Translations under genes and position numbers: made by a program
NCBI RefSeq assembly: GCF_036399935.1
Contig: NZ_DASWMD010000058.1
Location: 1-64,000 of the forward strand
Direction: 5' to 3'
Source: Longimicrobium sp.
GTDB lineage: Bacteria; Gemmatimonadota; Gemmatimonadetes; Longimicrobiales; Longimicrobiaceae
Length of the DNA stretch: 64,000 nucleotides
Notes under the pieces: model-generated
What the model was told of the DNA's origin: nothing
The model's input: only the letters and a program-made list of their open reading frames with translations
Database searches by the model: none
Shown: one piece after another, positions 54,970 through 63,260 of the stretch
Layout: each line of letters begins with the position of its first letter
How positions within the stretch are numbered: the first letter of the stretch is position 1

Positions 54970-57272
54970 CCCCCTACCTGCACCAGGTGGACGCCGCCGT
55001 GCGGCACGGGGCGATCCTTTCGCCCACCCGCTTCGCCTGGCTCGGCCGCCCCTCCCCGCCCCTTCCGCGCGCCACGCTGCGTGCCCTGACCCCCGCCACG
55101 GCGCGTGCGTACCTTCGCCACCGCATCCAGCAGGCGTTGTACACCGGCCTCTACACCCGCGGCGATGCCATGGCGCCTCCCTCGGAGCCCGGTCAGGCCG
55201 ACGTGGGCACCACCTCCTTCATCGCCGCGCTCTCGGCCGCCAACACGGGAAAGGGGGCGCTTCAGGACGGATGGGTGGTGGAGGCGGTGGATGGGAGCGC
55301 CGTGCAGGTGCGGCGGGGCGGCCTGGCGCTGCGGGTGCCGCGCCGGATGCTGCCCCGAGGCCGGACGCCCGCGCCCGGCACGACCGTGCGGATGCGGGGC
55401 GAACGGCAGCTGCTGAGCTACTCGCCAGGGTACTACGTGGCCATGGGCGACGTGGGATTGGGCGCCGCGGGCGAGCCCCTGGTGCGCGTCTACTGGCACC
55501 TGGAGCCGGCCGGTGCCGCGCCGGTGATGCATGCGCTCACGGGTGCGCTCAACCGCGCGCGGCTCCCCTTTCACTTCAAGGTCCTCAACGCGCCGGAGCG
55601 CTTCGACCGCTGCGACGCGGGGGTGCTCTACTTTCCGCAGGCGCGAGGGCGCGAGGTGCTGGCGCGGGTGGCGCGGGTCCATCCACGGGCGGCGGCGCAC
55701 CTGCGGCCCCGCGTGCCGGCGTTCACGCTGGAACTTGCGCCCGGGCTGGGGCTGGCGGAGGACCCCAGGGCGGGCGAGAGCTTTGGCCTGCACCGGTGCG
55801 GGCTCCTTGCCGACGCCCTCATCGAGGCGCACGAGGCGGGAGTCCGCGGGCAGGCGGAGCGGCGCGCGCGGTGCGTAGCGCACTTTCGCGCCCACGGAGT
55901 CGATCCCGATGCGCCGTACCTGAACCCCGGGAGCAGCAACGACTATCGGTTGCCGCCGCGCGCCGCGCGCCCGGCTGGCCGTCCAGTCCGCACGCCCGCC
56001 CCGGGCGTACCCGCGGAGGCGCAGTCCGCGGCGCCGCCGCGCGAGGTTTCGCTGCGGATCGCGACGGAGCTTGGGGCACGGCTGGCCGAGGCCGCGGTGT
56101 GGCACGGCGATCGGTGCAACTGGGTGGGCATGATCCCCGACGGGAGCAGCCGGTCGTACTCGTCGCTGGAGCCGGACGTGTACGCGGGGACGGCCGGGGT
56201 GGGCCTGTTCGCGGCGGAGCTGGCGCGGGCCACCGGCGACGGCGGGCTGCACCGGCTGGCGATCGGAGCGGTGCGCCAGTCGCTGCACCGGGTGGAGACG
56301 CACTTTCCCCCCTACCCGTGGGGCCTGTACGCCGGCGTGGCGGGCATCGCCTTCGCGGCGGCGCGCGTGGGCGTCCTGCTCGGCGAGGCAGAGCTGGCGG
56401 AGCGCGCGCGGGCCCTGGTGGACCGGGCGCGGGTGGAGAGCGATCCCGGCGAATTCGACCTGATGTTCGGCCTCGCGGGCGGCGTGCTCGCGCTGCTGGC
56501 GATGGAGCAGACGCTGGGCGACCCCTCGCTGCGGCCGCAAGCGGCGCGGCTGGGCGAGGAGCTCCTGGCGCTGGGCATGCCGATGCACGGGGGAACCGCG
56601 TGGCGCTCGATGCAGGCCACGGGCGAGCGGCCGCTCACCGGGCTTTCGCACGGCGCGGCGGGCGCGGGCCTCGCCTTTCTGGAACTGTTCCGTGCCACCG
56701 GCGACGCACGCTTCCGGGACGGGGCGGAGGGCGCGTTCGCCTTCGAACGACACTGGTTCGACGCCCGGCAGGGCAACTGGGCCGACCTGCGCAAGGAGCG
56801 GGCGCGCGGCCGGGGCCCGGTGCCGGTCGATACGCAGTGGTGCCACGGCTCGGCGGGGATCGCGCTCTCGCGGCTGCGCGCCTGCGAGCTGCTGAAGGAC
56901 GAGGTGTACCGCCGCGAGGCCCGGGCCGCCCTGGAAGCCACCCGCAGGGCCGCCGCCGATGAGCTGGCGGGCACCGGCAACTTCTCCTTTTGCCACGGGC
57001 TTGCGGGGGCGGCGGAAGTCATCCGCGAGGGTGTCGCCTGCTTTGGCGGGGACGTGGATCCCGAGGGAGTGGCGGCCCGCATCGCCGCGGAGGGGGCCGC
57101 CAGCCACGCCCGCGGCATCCCGTGGCGGTGCGGAGTTTCCAGCAGCGACTCGCCCTCGCTCCTGCTCGGCCTGGCGGGGATCGGGCGTTTCTACCTGCGG
57201 CTGTTCGATCCCTCGCTTCCCTCCCTCCTGCTGGTGACCCCCGGGGCGTTCGCCCCCTCGCCAGCCGCCTGA
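54966..57272 (+). CDS. Fusion protein: about 380-aa N-terminal domain of unknown type (putative phospho-Ser/Thr lyase, HopA1-like?) plus C-terminal LanC-like cyclase
   Basis: C-terminal half has LanC motifs GLSHGAAG (SHG), WCHGSAG (WCxG) and FCHGLAG (CHG), so the Zn ligands are intact. The N-terminal half has no motif I can assign. 768 aa. Confidence 0.75.
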   Translation: MTPYLHQVDAAVRHGAILSPTRFAWLGRPSPPLPRATLRALTPATARAYLRHRIQQALYTGLYTRGDAMAPPSEPGQADVGTTSFIAALSAANTGKGALQDGWVVEAVDGSAVQVRRGGLALRVPRRMLPRGRTPAPGTTVRMRGERQLLSYSPGYYVAMGDVGLGAAGEPLVRVYWHLEPAGAAPVMHALTGALNRARLPFHFKVLNAPERFDRCDAGVLYFPQARGREVLARVARVHPRAAAHLRPRVPAFTLELAPGLGLAEDPRAGESFGLHRCGLLADALIEAHEAGVRGQAERRARCVAHFRAHGVDPDAPYLNPGSSNDYRLPPRAARPAGRPVRTPAPGVPAEAQSAAPPREVSLRIATELGARLAEAAVWHGDRCNWVGMIPDGSSRSYSSLEPDVYAGTAGVGLFAAELARATGDGGLHRLAIGAVRQSLHRVETHFPPYPWGLYAGVAGIAFAAARVGVLLGEAELAERARALVDRARVESDPGEFDLMFGLAGGVLALLAMEQTLGDPSLRPQAARLGEELLALGMPMHGGTAWRSMQATGERPLTGLSHGAAGAGLAFLELFRATGDARFRDGAEGAFAFERHWFDARQGNWADLRKERARGRGPVPVDTQWCHGSAGIALSRLRACELLKDEVYRREARAALEATRRAAADELAGTGNFSFCHGLAGAAEVIREGVACFGGDVDPEGVAARIAAEGAASHARGIPWRCGVSSSDSPSLLLGLAGIGRFYLRLFDPSLPSLLLVTPGAFAPSPAA

Positions 57273-60013
57273 GGCACGCCTCCGGATCGGCGCGGGGGAC
57301 GTGGGTCGGCTGGTGCCGCCGAAAGCCGCGGCCCCGGCGAATCCCCATCGGCAGGCACATCCGGCTGGGCCGCCGCTCCCGGATCGGGGGTGACATCGAT
57401 GATCAACGTGTCGGCGCGGCCACCGAACGACGCGACGAGGGTGTGCCGCCCCGGCGATTCGAACGCAACGTGCCGCAGGGCGGACGCCGGCACGATGCGT
57501 ACGTACGGACCCCCGGTGATCTCTACGCGGATCGGCGCTCCGGCGATCACACGCCCGCGTGCATCGTACGCCTGTGCGCGGAGTTCCAGCGGCTGGCCCA
57601 CCTGCGCGCGGGCCGTGCGCGGCGAAAGGCGCACCCGCGCGACCGGCGCCGTCACCACGACCTGCACCTGGACCTCACGGGCAACCGGCTCCCCGCTGGG
57701 CAGGGTATCTCCCGAGCCGCTGAGCCCATGCACCCGCACCGTCGTCCGTCCGATGCGACGCGCAACGACCCAGACGGCGGGCTCCCCGCGGAGGTGGGGG
57801 CTCGGGCGCGCGAAGGGGCGCAGGCGTACGACGGAGCTGTCGCCCACCGCCCAGCCGGATGCGCTGAGCGTCGCGTACCCGCCGCTGCACACGTCGGAAT
57901 GGCAGCGCTGTTCCTCGACGGAGAACGGGACGGAGTCGCCGACCGCCATCCAGACCTCGTCGCCCGTGCTCCCGGGCGCACTGACGAACCTGCTGATCGA
58001 GTTGACGGAGGCCTCGTAGCGCCGGCGCGCCGCCGCGGCTTCCAGGCGCAGGGCGGAATCGGGCTCGGGCACCTGCGGATCTACGTACTCGATCCGCACA
58101 CTGTCGCGCCGGTAGACCACGGGAACCTCCGGCCGCATCTGCCAGACCGAGGCCCACGCCGGCCGCAGCCCCACCAGCCTCGCGATCGTTGCGCTGTCGC
58201 GCAGCGTCAGCACCACGGCCCCGTTCTCCACGAGAGCCCCGGCATCGGCGGGGGGGCAGCTCGCGATCATCCCGGGCAGGCAGTACCGCGCATCCGCGGC
58301 GGCAACCAGCTCGGAGAGCGTGGCGAAGCGGCGGGCGCCCTCCCCGTGTCCGCGGCTGATCGAAAGTGAAAGCGAGCGCGGGCCATCGATGCCGTCGATG
58401 CCGATGCTCCATTGGTACGCCGGCTGGTATTGCGGGTCCTGGAGTTCCGACCAGCCCCAGCCGGCCGCCGTGTCTCGCGGAAAGATCACCCGTATCTCGC
58501 GCCGGCTCGCCAGCACCCGCGTGGTCCGGGTGCCAAGCGAGTCCTGGCCAGGATCCTGGGCCGGCCGCGCGTAAGGAGGTGCGGGCAGTGCGAAACGGGG
58601 GAGCCCCGCAACGGGGATGGGGGCGGGCTGGCATGGCTCGTCCTTCCACTGGGCGCTGCGGTTCTCGCAGGGTACGACCTTCGGATTGCGGCCCAGCGCA
58701 GGGCCTGCCTTCCCCCAGCAATGAACCCTGCCGTAGTCTGCCAGCGCACAGGCGTGCTCCGTGCCGACGGCCAGCGCGTACCACCTGCGCCCGGGAGCGA
58801 CCTCCACCGCGGCGGGCGAGCACCGGCCGCCGAGAAAGCAGAGGTCATCGTAGGCGGCTCCCGCGTCGGCGGCGCCTCGGTAATCCGGCGGGCCGCCGTC
58901 CGGTCCCGCGTTGGCGGTGGTGAGCGACCCCAGCTGGCCGTTCCTGTTTTCTCCCCAGCAGAAGACCCTCGCGTCCGCCGTCCGCGCGCACGCGAACTGG
59001 GAGCCCGCATGCACCTCGACCGCACGGCCCGGGAGCGGAACGTACTGCGCGCGGGGGGAGTTGGGCATGCGGCACCTCCCCAGCACGCACCGGTAGTTGT
59101 CACCCCAGCAGAACACCCGGCCGTCGGCGGCGACGGCGCAGGCCAGCACGTCGCCCGCGCCGACCTGGAGGAATTCTACACGGGAGGGATCGTCGTGGGA
59201 GCCGGGAACGCTGTCCGGCAGGATTCGCCGCGGGGTGGCGGTGCTGCACGGCCGGCTGGAGTACGGGAGCGGCTCGCTCGCGCAGCGGATCGCGGCGGAG
59301 TCGCCGGTCTGGCCACTCTGCCCGTACCCCCAGCAGTACACGCCGCGGTTGTGGGATGCCACGCCGCAGGTGAGCCGCCCCCGTGCGCTCAACTGGGAGA
59401 ACCGCAGGCCGCCCGTAACGGCGCCAGGCGCCCGGCTGAACGGCCCGCCGTCGCCCACCGAGTCGGGCGCCCAGGTGCCGTTGCCGAGCTCGCCCATCTC
59501 GTTCTTGCCCCAGCAGAAGGCCGCGCCATCGTGCGCCAGCGCACATGCGTGGGACCAGCCTGCCGCCACCGCTCGCACGTACCGCGGCGGCAGCTCCCCC
59601 TCCAACGGCAGCGGAAACACGCACGCCCCGTATCCGCACTCCCCGGGGACCGCCATCCTGGTTCCCGCCGAGTCGGTCCACCCGCCCGTCGCGCGAGGAT
59701 TGCACCACGCCTCCCAGGCGATCGTCACTGCGCAGACACCCGACTGCGACGGCGCGATGGATCGTACCCGCGCAGCCTGCCCATCCGCCGAGAGGACGCG
59801 GACAGGCGCCCCCTCTCGCTCGCCGATCCCACCCCAGCAGTACGCCGCCGCCGAAGTCGTCGTGATGCAGGTGACATCATCCGCGGCTGTCAGCGCGGCG
59901 AGCGTGTCGACGCCCACTGCCTGGACCCTGTCCGGCGACGGCGCGGGCCGGGGTGCGGCGCATCCGGCCAACGACACCGCGGCAAGAAGGAGTACGTTGG
60001 CGGTCCGGGGCAT
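57191..60013 (-). CDS. RCC1-repeat lipoprotein with C-terminal Big_2 (bacterial Ig-like) domain
   Basis: Lipobox LLLAAVSLAGC. Repeated CWGxNxxGQLG motifs. C-terminal Ig-like module. The 3' end overlaps the LanC-like gene convergently by about 80 bp. Confidence 0.7.
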   Translation of the reverse strand: MPRTANVLLLAAVSLAGCAAPRPAPSPDRVQAVGVDTLAALTAADDVTCITTTSAAAYCWGGIGEREGAPVRVLSADGQAARVRSIAPSQSGVCAVTIAWEAWCNPRATGGWTDSAGTRMAVPGECGYGACVFPLPLEGELPPRYVRAVAAGWSHACALAHDGAAFCWGKNEMGELGNGTWAPDSVGDGGPFSRAPGAVTGGLRFSQLSARGRLTCGVASHNRGVYCWGYGQSGQTGDSAAIRCASEPLPYSSRPCSTATPRRILPDSVPGSHDDPSRVEFLQVGAGDVLACAVAADGRVFCWGDNYRCVLGRCRMPNSPRAQYVPLPGRAVEVHAGSQFACARTADARVFCWGENRNGQLGSLTTANAGPDGGPPDYRGAADAGAAYDDLCFLGGRCSPAAVEVAPGRRWYALAVGTEHACALADYGRVHCWGKAGPALGRNPKVVPCENRSAQWKDEPCQPAPIPVAGLPRFALPAPPYARPAQDPGQDSLGTRTTRVLASRREIRVIFPRDTAAGWGWSELQDPQYQPAYQWSIGIDGIDGPRSLSLSISRGHGEGARRFATLSELVAAADARYCLPGMIASCPPADAGALVENGAVVLTLRDSATIARLVGLRPAWASVWQMRPEVPVVYRRDSVRIEYVDPQVPEPDSALRLEAAAARRRYEASVNSISRFVSAPGSTGDEVWMAVGDSVPFSVEEQRCHSDVCSGGYATLSASGWAVGDSSVVRLRPFARPSPHLRGEPAVWVVARRIGRTTVRVHGLSGSGDTLPSGEPVAREVQVQVVVTAPVARVRLSPRTARAQVGQPLELRAQAYDARGRVIAGAPIRVEITGGPYVRIVPASALRHVAFESPGRHTLVASFGGRADTLIIDVTPDPGAAAQPDVPADGDSPGPRLSAAPADPRPPRRSGGVPQAAGEGANAPGVTSRREGSEGSNSRR

Positions 60014-60279
60014 TGGGGGGAGCGGTCCGTGTGAAGGCGGTGGGAGTGGCGGCCGATCCATCAAGGCACCGCTACGACGCCAACGAGCCTGATCGAGTCA
60101 ATCCTACCCCGGCAGCAACGTGCGCGCGATGTCACGCCGAAGCGCCACCCGCGCCTCCAGCTCGTCCGCGTGCTTCTCCGCCAAGTCCGCCACCACGGAC
60201 TCGCACCCCTTCGGCGCCGAGCGCGCGTTGCGCCCGCTCATCCGCGCGCGGCGAATTGCGTGAAGCCCGTGGCGGTGAG

Positions 60280-60651
60280 TCATGCCCGCGCGAGGAGCTG
60301 GTCGCGCCACCTCCACTGCAGCCCCGCCAACCCGCCGACGAAAATCGCCTCGCCAACCAGGTGCCCGATGCCGAACACGGTCGCCGACGCCGCGAAGACC
60401 GCAACCAGGCACAGGCACACGACCGCCCAGGAGAGATTGGCGAATACCAGCACCTCGATCAACGGCCGCGGCCGTCTGGCCCGCACGGCGAGGCTAAAGG
60501 AGAACGATGCGTAGAGCAGGTTCACCGCGCCGTTCAGCAGCAGGAGCTCTCGGGGCAGCGCGTGAAGACCGCTGAGCCACTTGCTGAACATCAGCACCAG
60601 CACTCCCGCGAGCGCGCCGGCAACGCAGTCCACCCAGAGCAGATTCCTCAT
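60280..60651 (-). CDS. Small membrane protein (123 aa, 4 TM helices)
   Basis: MRNLLWVDCVAGALAGVLVLMF..., hydrophobic throughout. ATG at 60651. Confidence 0.5.
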   Translation of the reverse strand: MRNLLWVDCVAGALAGVLVLMFSKWLSGLHALPRELLLLNGAVNLLYASFSFSLAVRARRPRPLIEVLVFANLSWAVVCLCLVAVFAASATVFGIGHLVGEAIFVGGLAGLQWRWRDQLLARA

Positions 60652-60716
60652 CACGTGCCTTGAGCCCACCACGGCGGTGGAAGCGAGCTCCGGGACCGCG
60701 CCACGCCTGCCGGATG

Positions 60717-62096
60717 TCACTGGATGTTCAGCGCGCTCATCGGCACGACGTAGAAGTCGCTCGCACGCAACGTGGGGGAGAAGATGGTGCGCGCGAAGTA
60801 CAGGTGCCGCCCGTCCCGTGAGATGGTGGGGTGAAACTCGTCGTCGGCGGTGTTCACCGGCGGGCCCAGGTTGCGCGCCGGGGTCCAATCCCCGCCGCGA
60901 AGGTGGCTGATGTACAGATCACCGTACCCGTGGCCGCCGGGACGAAGGGAGGTGAAGATGAGGGTGCGCCCGTCCGCGGAGATCTCCGGGTTGAACTCCC
61001 AGTCGGCCGTAGGATTGGCGGGGTCGTACGCCGCGTCCGTGTTGATGGCGCCGCTCAGCATCTCCCGCGGGGAAAACCCCTCACCCCTGCGCTCGGCGCG
61101 AAAGATGTTCCAGTCGGCGGTGGGCGCAGGCCCGGCCGGCCCACTGGCGAAATAGAGGGTTCCGTCCGCCGCAGCCGAGGCGTAGAGCTCGTCCGCAGGC
61201 GAATTGACCTCCGCGCCCAGGTGCACCGGTTCGCTCCACCCGGTGCGCGTGCGCTCCATCATCCAGATGTCCAGGTCGGTGCGTGGTGCCCCTCTGACCG
61301 GGCGGATCGAGGCGAAGTAGAGCCGCCGTCCATCCGGGGTGATGAACGGATCGATGTCCGTGTACGTTCCCGAGAAGGGCGCCGTCTGGGGCGAGCTCCA
61401 AACGCCGCCTCGAAGGTGCGAAACCAGGATGGTGGAGCGGCGGATCCGGGGAAAGAAGCTGTCCGCGGCGGTGTAGTAGGCGGTTCTCCCGTCGGGCGTA
61501 AAGGTGATTCGATACTGCCAGCGGGCGTCGGAGATCACGCCCGGCGAAAAGATCTGCACTCGCGTTGCCGACGGCGCCGCAGCTTCGGGCGACCCGCTCC
61601 CTGCCGCCCCGCCTGGGCACGCAACGCGGGCCATCGGGAATTCGATCGCCTGTGGGTGCCCCGCATCGAAGCCTTCGACCCGCGCGACGAGCGAGTCCGA
61701 TCCGGCACGCCGATACCGGATCGTCTGCGGGAAATCGTGCTCCGGGTTGGTGAATACCACTTCCGTGGCCGAGATGGCGGCACTGCTGAACGCCGCGGCG
61801 GGCTGGCCCGATGGGTGCGCCGTAAACACCAGGCGCTCGCCCCGTTCGGAAATCCGCATCAGCTCGTAACTCACCGTCGAGTCGCCACGCGTCGTTCGGC
61901 TCATGCCGAGCATGGTTCCGCCGCGGGGCTCCATCCAGTGTTCCTCGGTCCACGCTCGCTCGGACCCGCCCTCCCAACACCCCGCCAGCCAGCGGACTTC
62001 CTCGATCGGCGAAAGGTCCATGTACGCCGACGCTCCCGGCGGAACGGCGACGAGCGATGCGATCAGCAGTCGGCGAGTGAGCCGGTGAGCATTCAT
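60717..62096 (-). CDS. Secreted protein: N-terminal domain of unknown function plus TolB-like WD40-type beta-propeller
   Basis: Signal peptide. Repeated DG(R)xLYFAS modules (DGRTAYYTA, DGRRLYFASIR, DGTLYFASG, DGRTLIFTS, DGRHLYFAR). Confidence 0.7.
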   Translation of the reverse strand: MNAHRLTRRLLIASLVAVPPGASAYMDLSPIEEVRWLAGCWEGGSERAWTEEHWMEPRGGTMLGMSRTTRGDSTVSYELMRISERGERLVFTAHPSGQPAAAFSSAAISATEVVFTNPEHDFPQTIRYRRAGSDSLVARVEGFDAGHPQAIEFPMARVACPGGAAGSGSPEAAAPSATRVQIFSPGVISDARWQYRITFTPDGRTAYYTAADSFFPRIRRSTILVSHLRGGVWSSPQTAPFSGTYTDIDPFITPDGRRLYFASIRPVRGAPRTDLDIWMMERTRTGWSEPVHLGAEVNSPADELYASAAADGTLYFASGPAGPAPTADWNIFRAERRGEGFSPREMLSGAINTDAAYDPANPTADWEFNPEISADGRTLIFTSLRPGGHGYGDLYISHLRGGDWTPARNLGPPVNTADDEFHPTISRDGRHLYFARTIFSPTLRASDFYVVPMSALNIQ

Positions 62097-62280
62097 GCAA
62101 CGGTTCTCTGTGCGGGTGGGATCGTGCTCGGAGCCATCAGATCGGACGTGCGGCTGATTCGCTCAATTCCGCAGGATGTGCACGAGCTGCTGAAGGGCCT
62201 TGTCGCGCCGCTCCAACTCGTCCGCGTGCTTCTCGGCCAGGTCCGCCACCACCGCCTCCACCCCTTCGGCGCCGAGAGAA

Positions 62281-62529
62281 TCAGCGCTCTGCAAGCTCCC
62301 ATGGAAGCGTTCGGCTTTCATCCACGGGCTTGAGGAGGCCACGGTTCCGCAGCTTCTGAGCGGCCCAGCGAATATCATACTGCCACGTATAGAAGAGATC
62401 ACCACGCTGCCGAAGGTCGGCTTCGTGGTGATCCCAGATGTATTTGGCAACACCAAGCACGTTGCTCGCACCACCGCGAGCGCGAAGTGCTTCCAGGACC
62501 CAATCGACGAGAATATCGCGTGAAGCCAT
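62281..62529 (-). CDS. Hypothetical protein (82 aa), co-operonic with the HTH gene
   Basis: ATG at 62529, 6 nt after the HTH gene stop. Ordinary, Trp/Tyr-containing composition. Confidence 0.4.
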   Translation of the reverse strand: MASRDILVDWVLEALRARGGASNVLGVAKYIWDHHEADLRQRGDLFYTWQYDIRWAAQKLRNRGLLKPVDESRTLPWELAER

Positions 62530-62535
62530 GATCGA

Positions 62536-62808
62536 TCATGCCTTGTGGGAAGTGGAGCCTGAAGAGCGATCGCGCAAGGTGGAAGCAAGTCGACGAAGCT
62601 CGTCGGCATGTTCCTCGAGTCGATCGGCTTGGCGGTTAGCCAATTCGGCGATAACTCGCGGCCAATCAGGCGGCGGGGAACGCCGATTTTCAGTATCAAT
62701 GCGCGCCCGTGCGATCGTGGCCAATTGGACGCCAAACCGCTCCGCTATCCTTGCCAGCGTGACGGTTGGTGAGTTGGTGAGAATGTCGGTCGCTGTCTTG
62801 AAATCCAC
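62536..62808 (-). CDS. Small HTH DNA-binding protein (90 aa)
   Basis: TVTLARIAERFGVQLATIARA helix-turn-helix. GTG start. A palindrome lies immediately upstream. The region is lower in GC. Confidence 0.45.
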   Translation of the reverse strand: MDFKTATDILTNSPTVTLARIAERFGVQLATIARARIDTENRRSPPPDWPRVIAELANRQADRLEEHADELRRLASTLRDRSSGSTSHKA

Positions 62809-62813
62809 TTGGT

Positions 62814-62858
62814 AGTCTGGTAGTTACCTATTGACTACTCCGCAGCCGGTAACTAGAT
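62814..62858. promoter_or_regulatory. Inverted repeat upstream of the HTH gene (operator candidate)
   Basis: TAGTTACC-tattgactactccgcagcc-GGTAACTA, with an extra GTTACC half-site downstream. Confidence 0.35.
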
Positions 62859-62999
62859 TGTTACCAACGCAGGGCAAAAGCAAGGCTGGCCGCTCTCCCG
62901 CCAAGAAGAATCGACCAGCCTCACGAGAACGACCCGAAGGCCGCCCGCCGACAACGGTAGCCCTGCCGGGCGGCACGGGTCAAGAGGATTGGAGCCACC

Positions 63000-63179
63000 A
63001 TGGTTGTGGAGCACACGGTCCCGCGGAGGTCCACGCTGGAGCAGCAGGCCGGCTACTCGATCCAGAAGCAGGACAAGAGCCGCTTCTGGGAGGTGCGAGA
63101 TGCGGCCGGCGAACTCGTTTGCCTGACGGTGTACAGGCGCGGTGCACGGGAGGTGGTGCGGAGGTTGGTACGCAGTTGA
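63000..63179 (+). CDS. Small hypothetical protein (59 aa), divergent from the HTH gene
   Basis: MVVEHTVPRRSTLEQQAGYSIQKQDKSRFWEVRDAAGELVCLTVYRRGAREVVRRLVRS. A GGAG lies 8 nt upstream. Confidence 0.3.
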   Translation: MVVEHTVPRRSTLEQQAGYSIQKQDKSRFWEVRDAAGELVCLTVYRRGAREVVRRLVRS

Positions 63180-63260
63180 TCTTCCATCTGAACGTGAGAG
63201 TAAGAGGGCGGCCGATGCTGATTCGGCCGCCCCTCGTCGTACCAGCAGACGCGCTGAAAA

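Noticed and set aside
53578-57107. Minus-strand ORFs 53578..54708 (376 aa) and 54828..57107 (759 aa), plus + ORF 54731..56962, across the kinase/LanC genes
   Set aside because: Antisense or off-frame. The + strand frames carry kinase catalytic-loop and LanC SHG/WCxG/CHG motifs and are ATGA-coupled.
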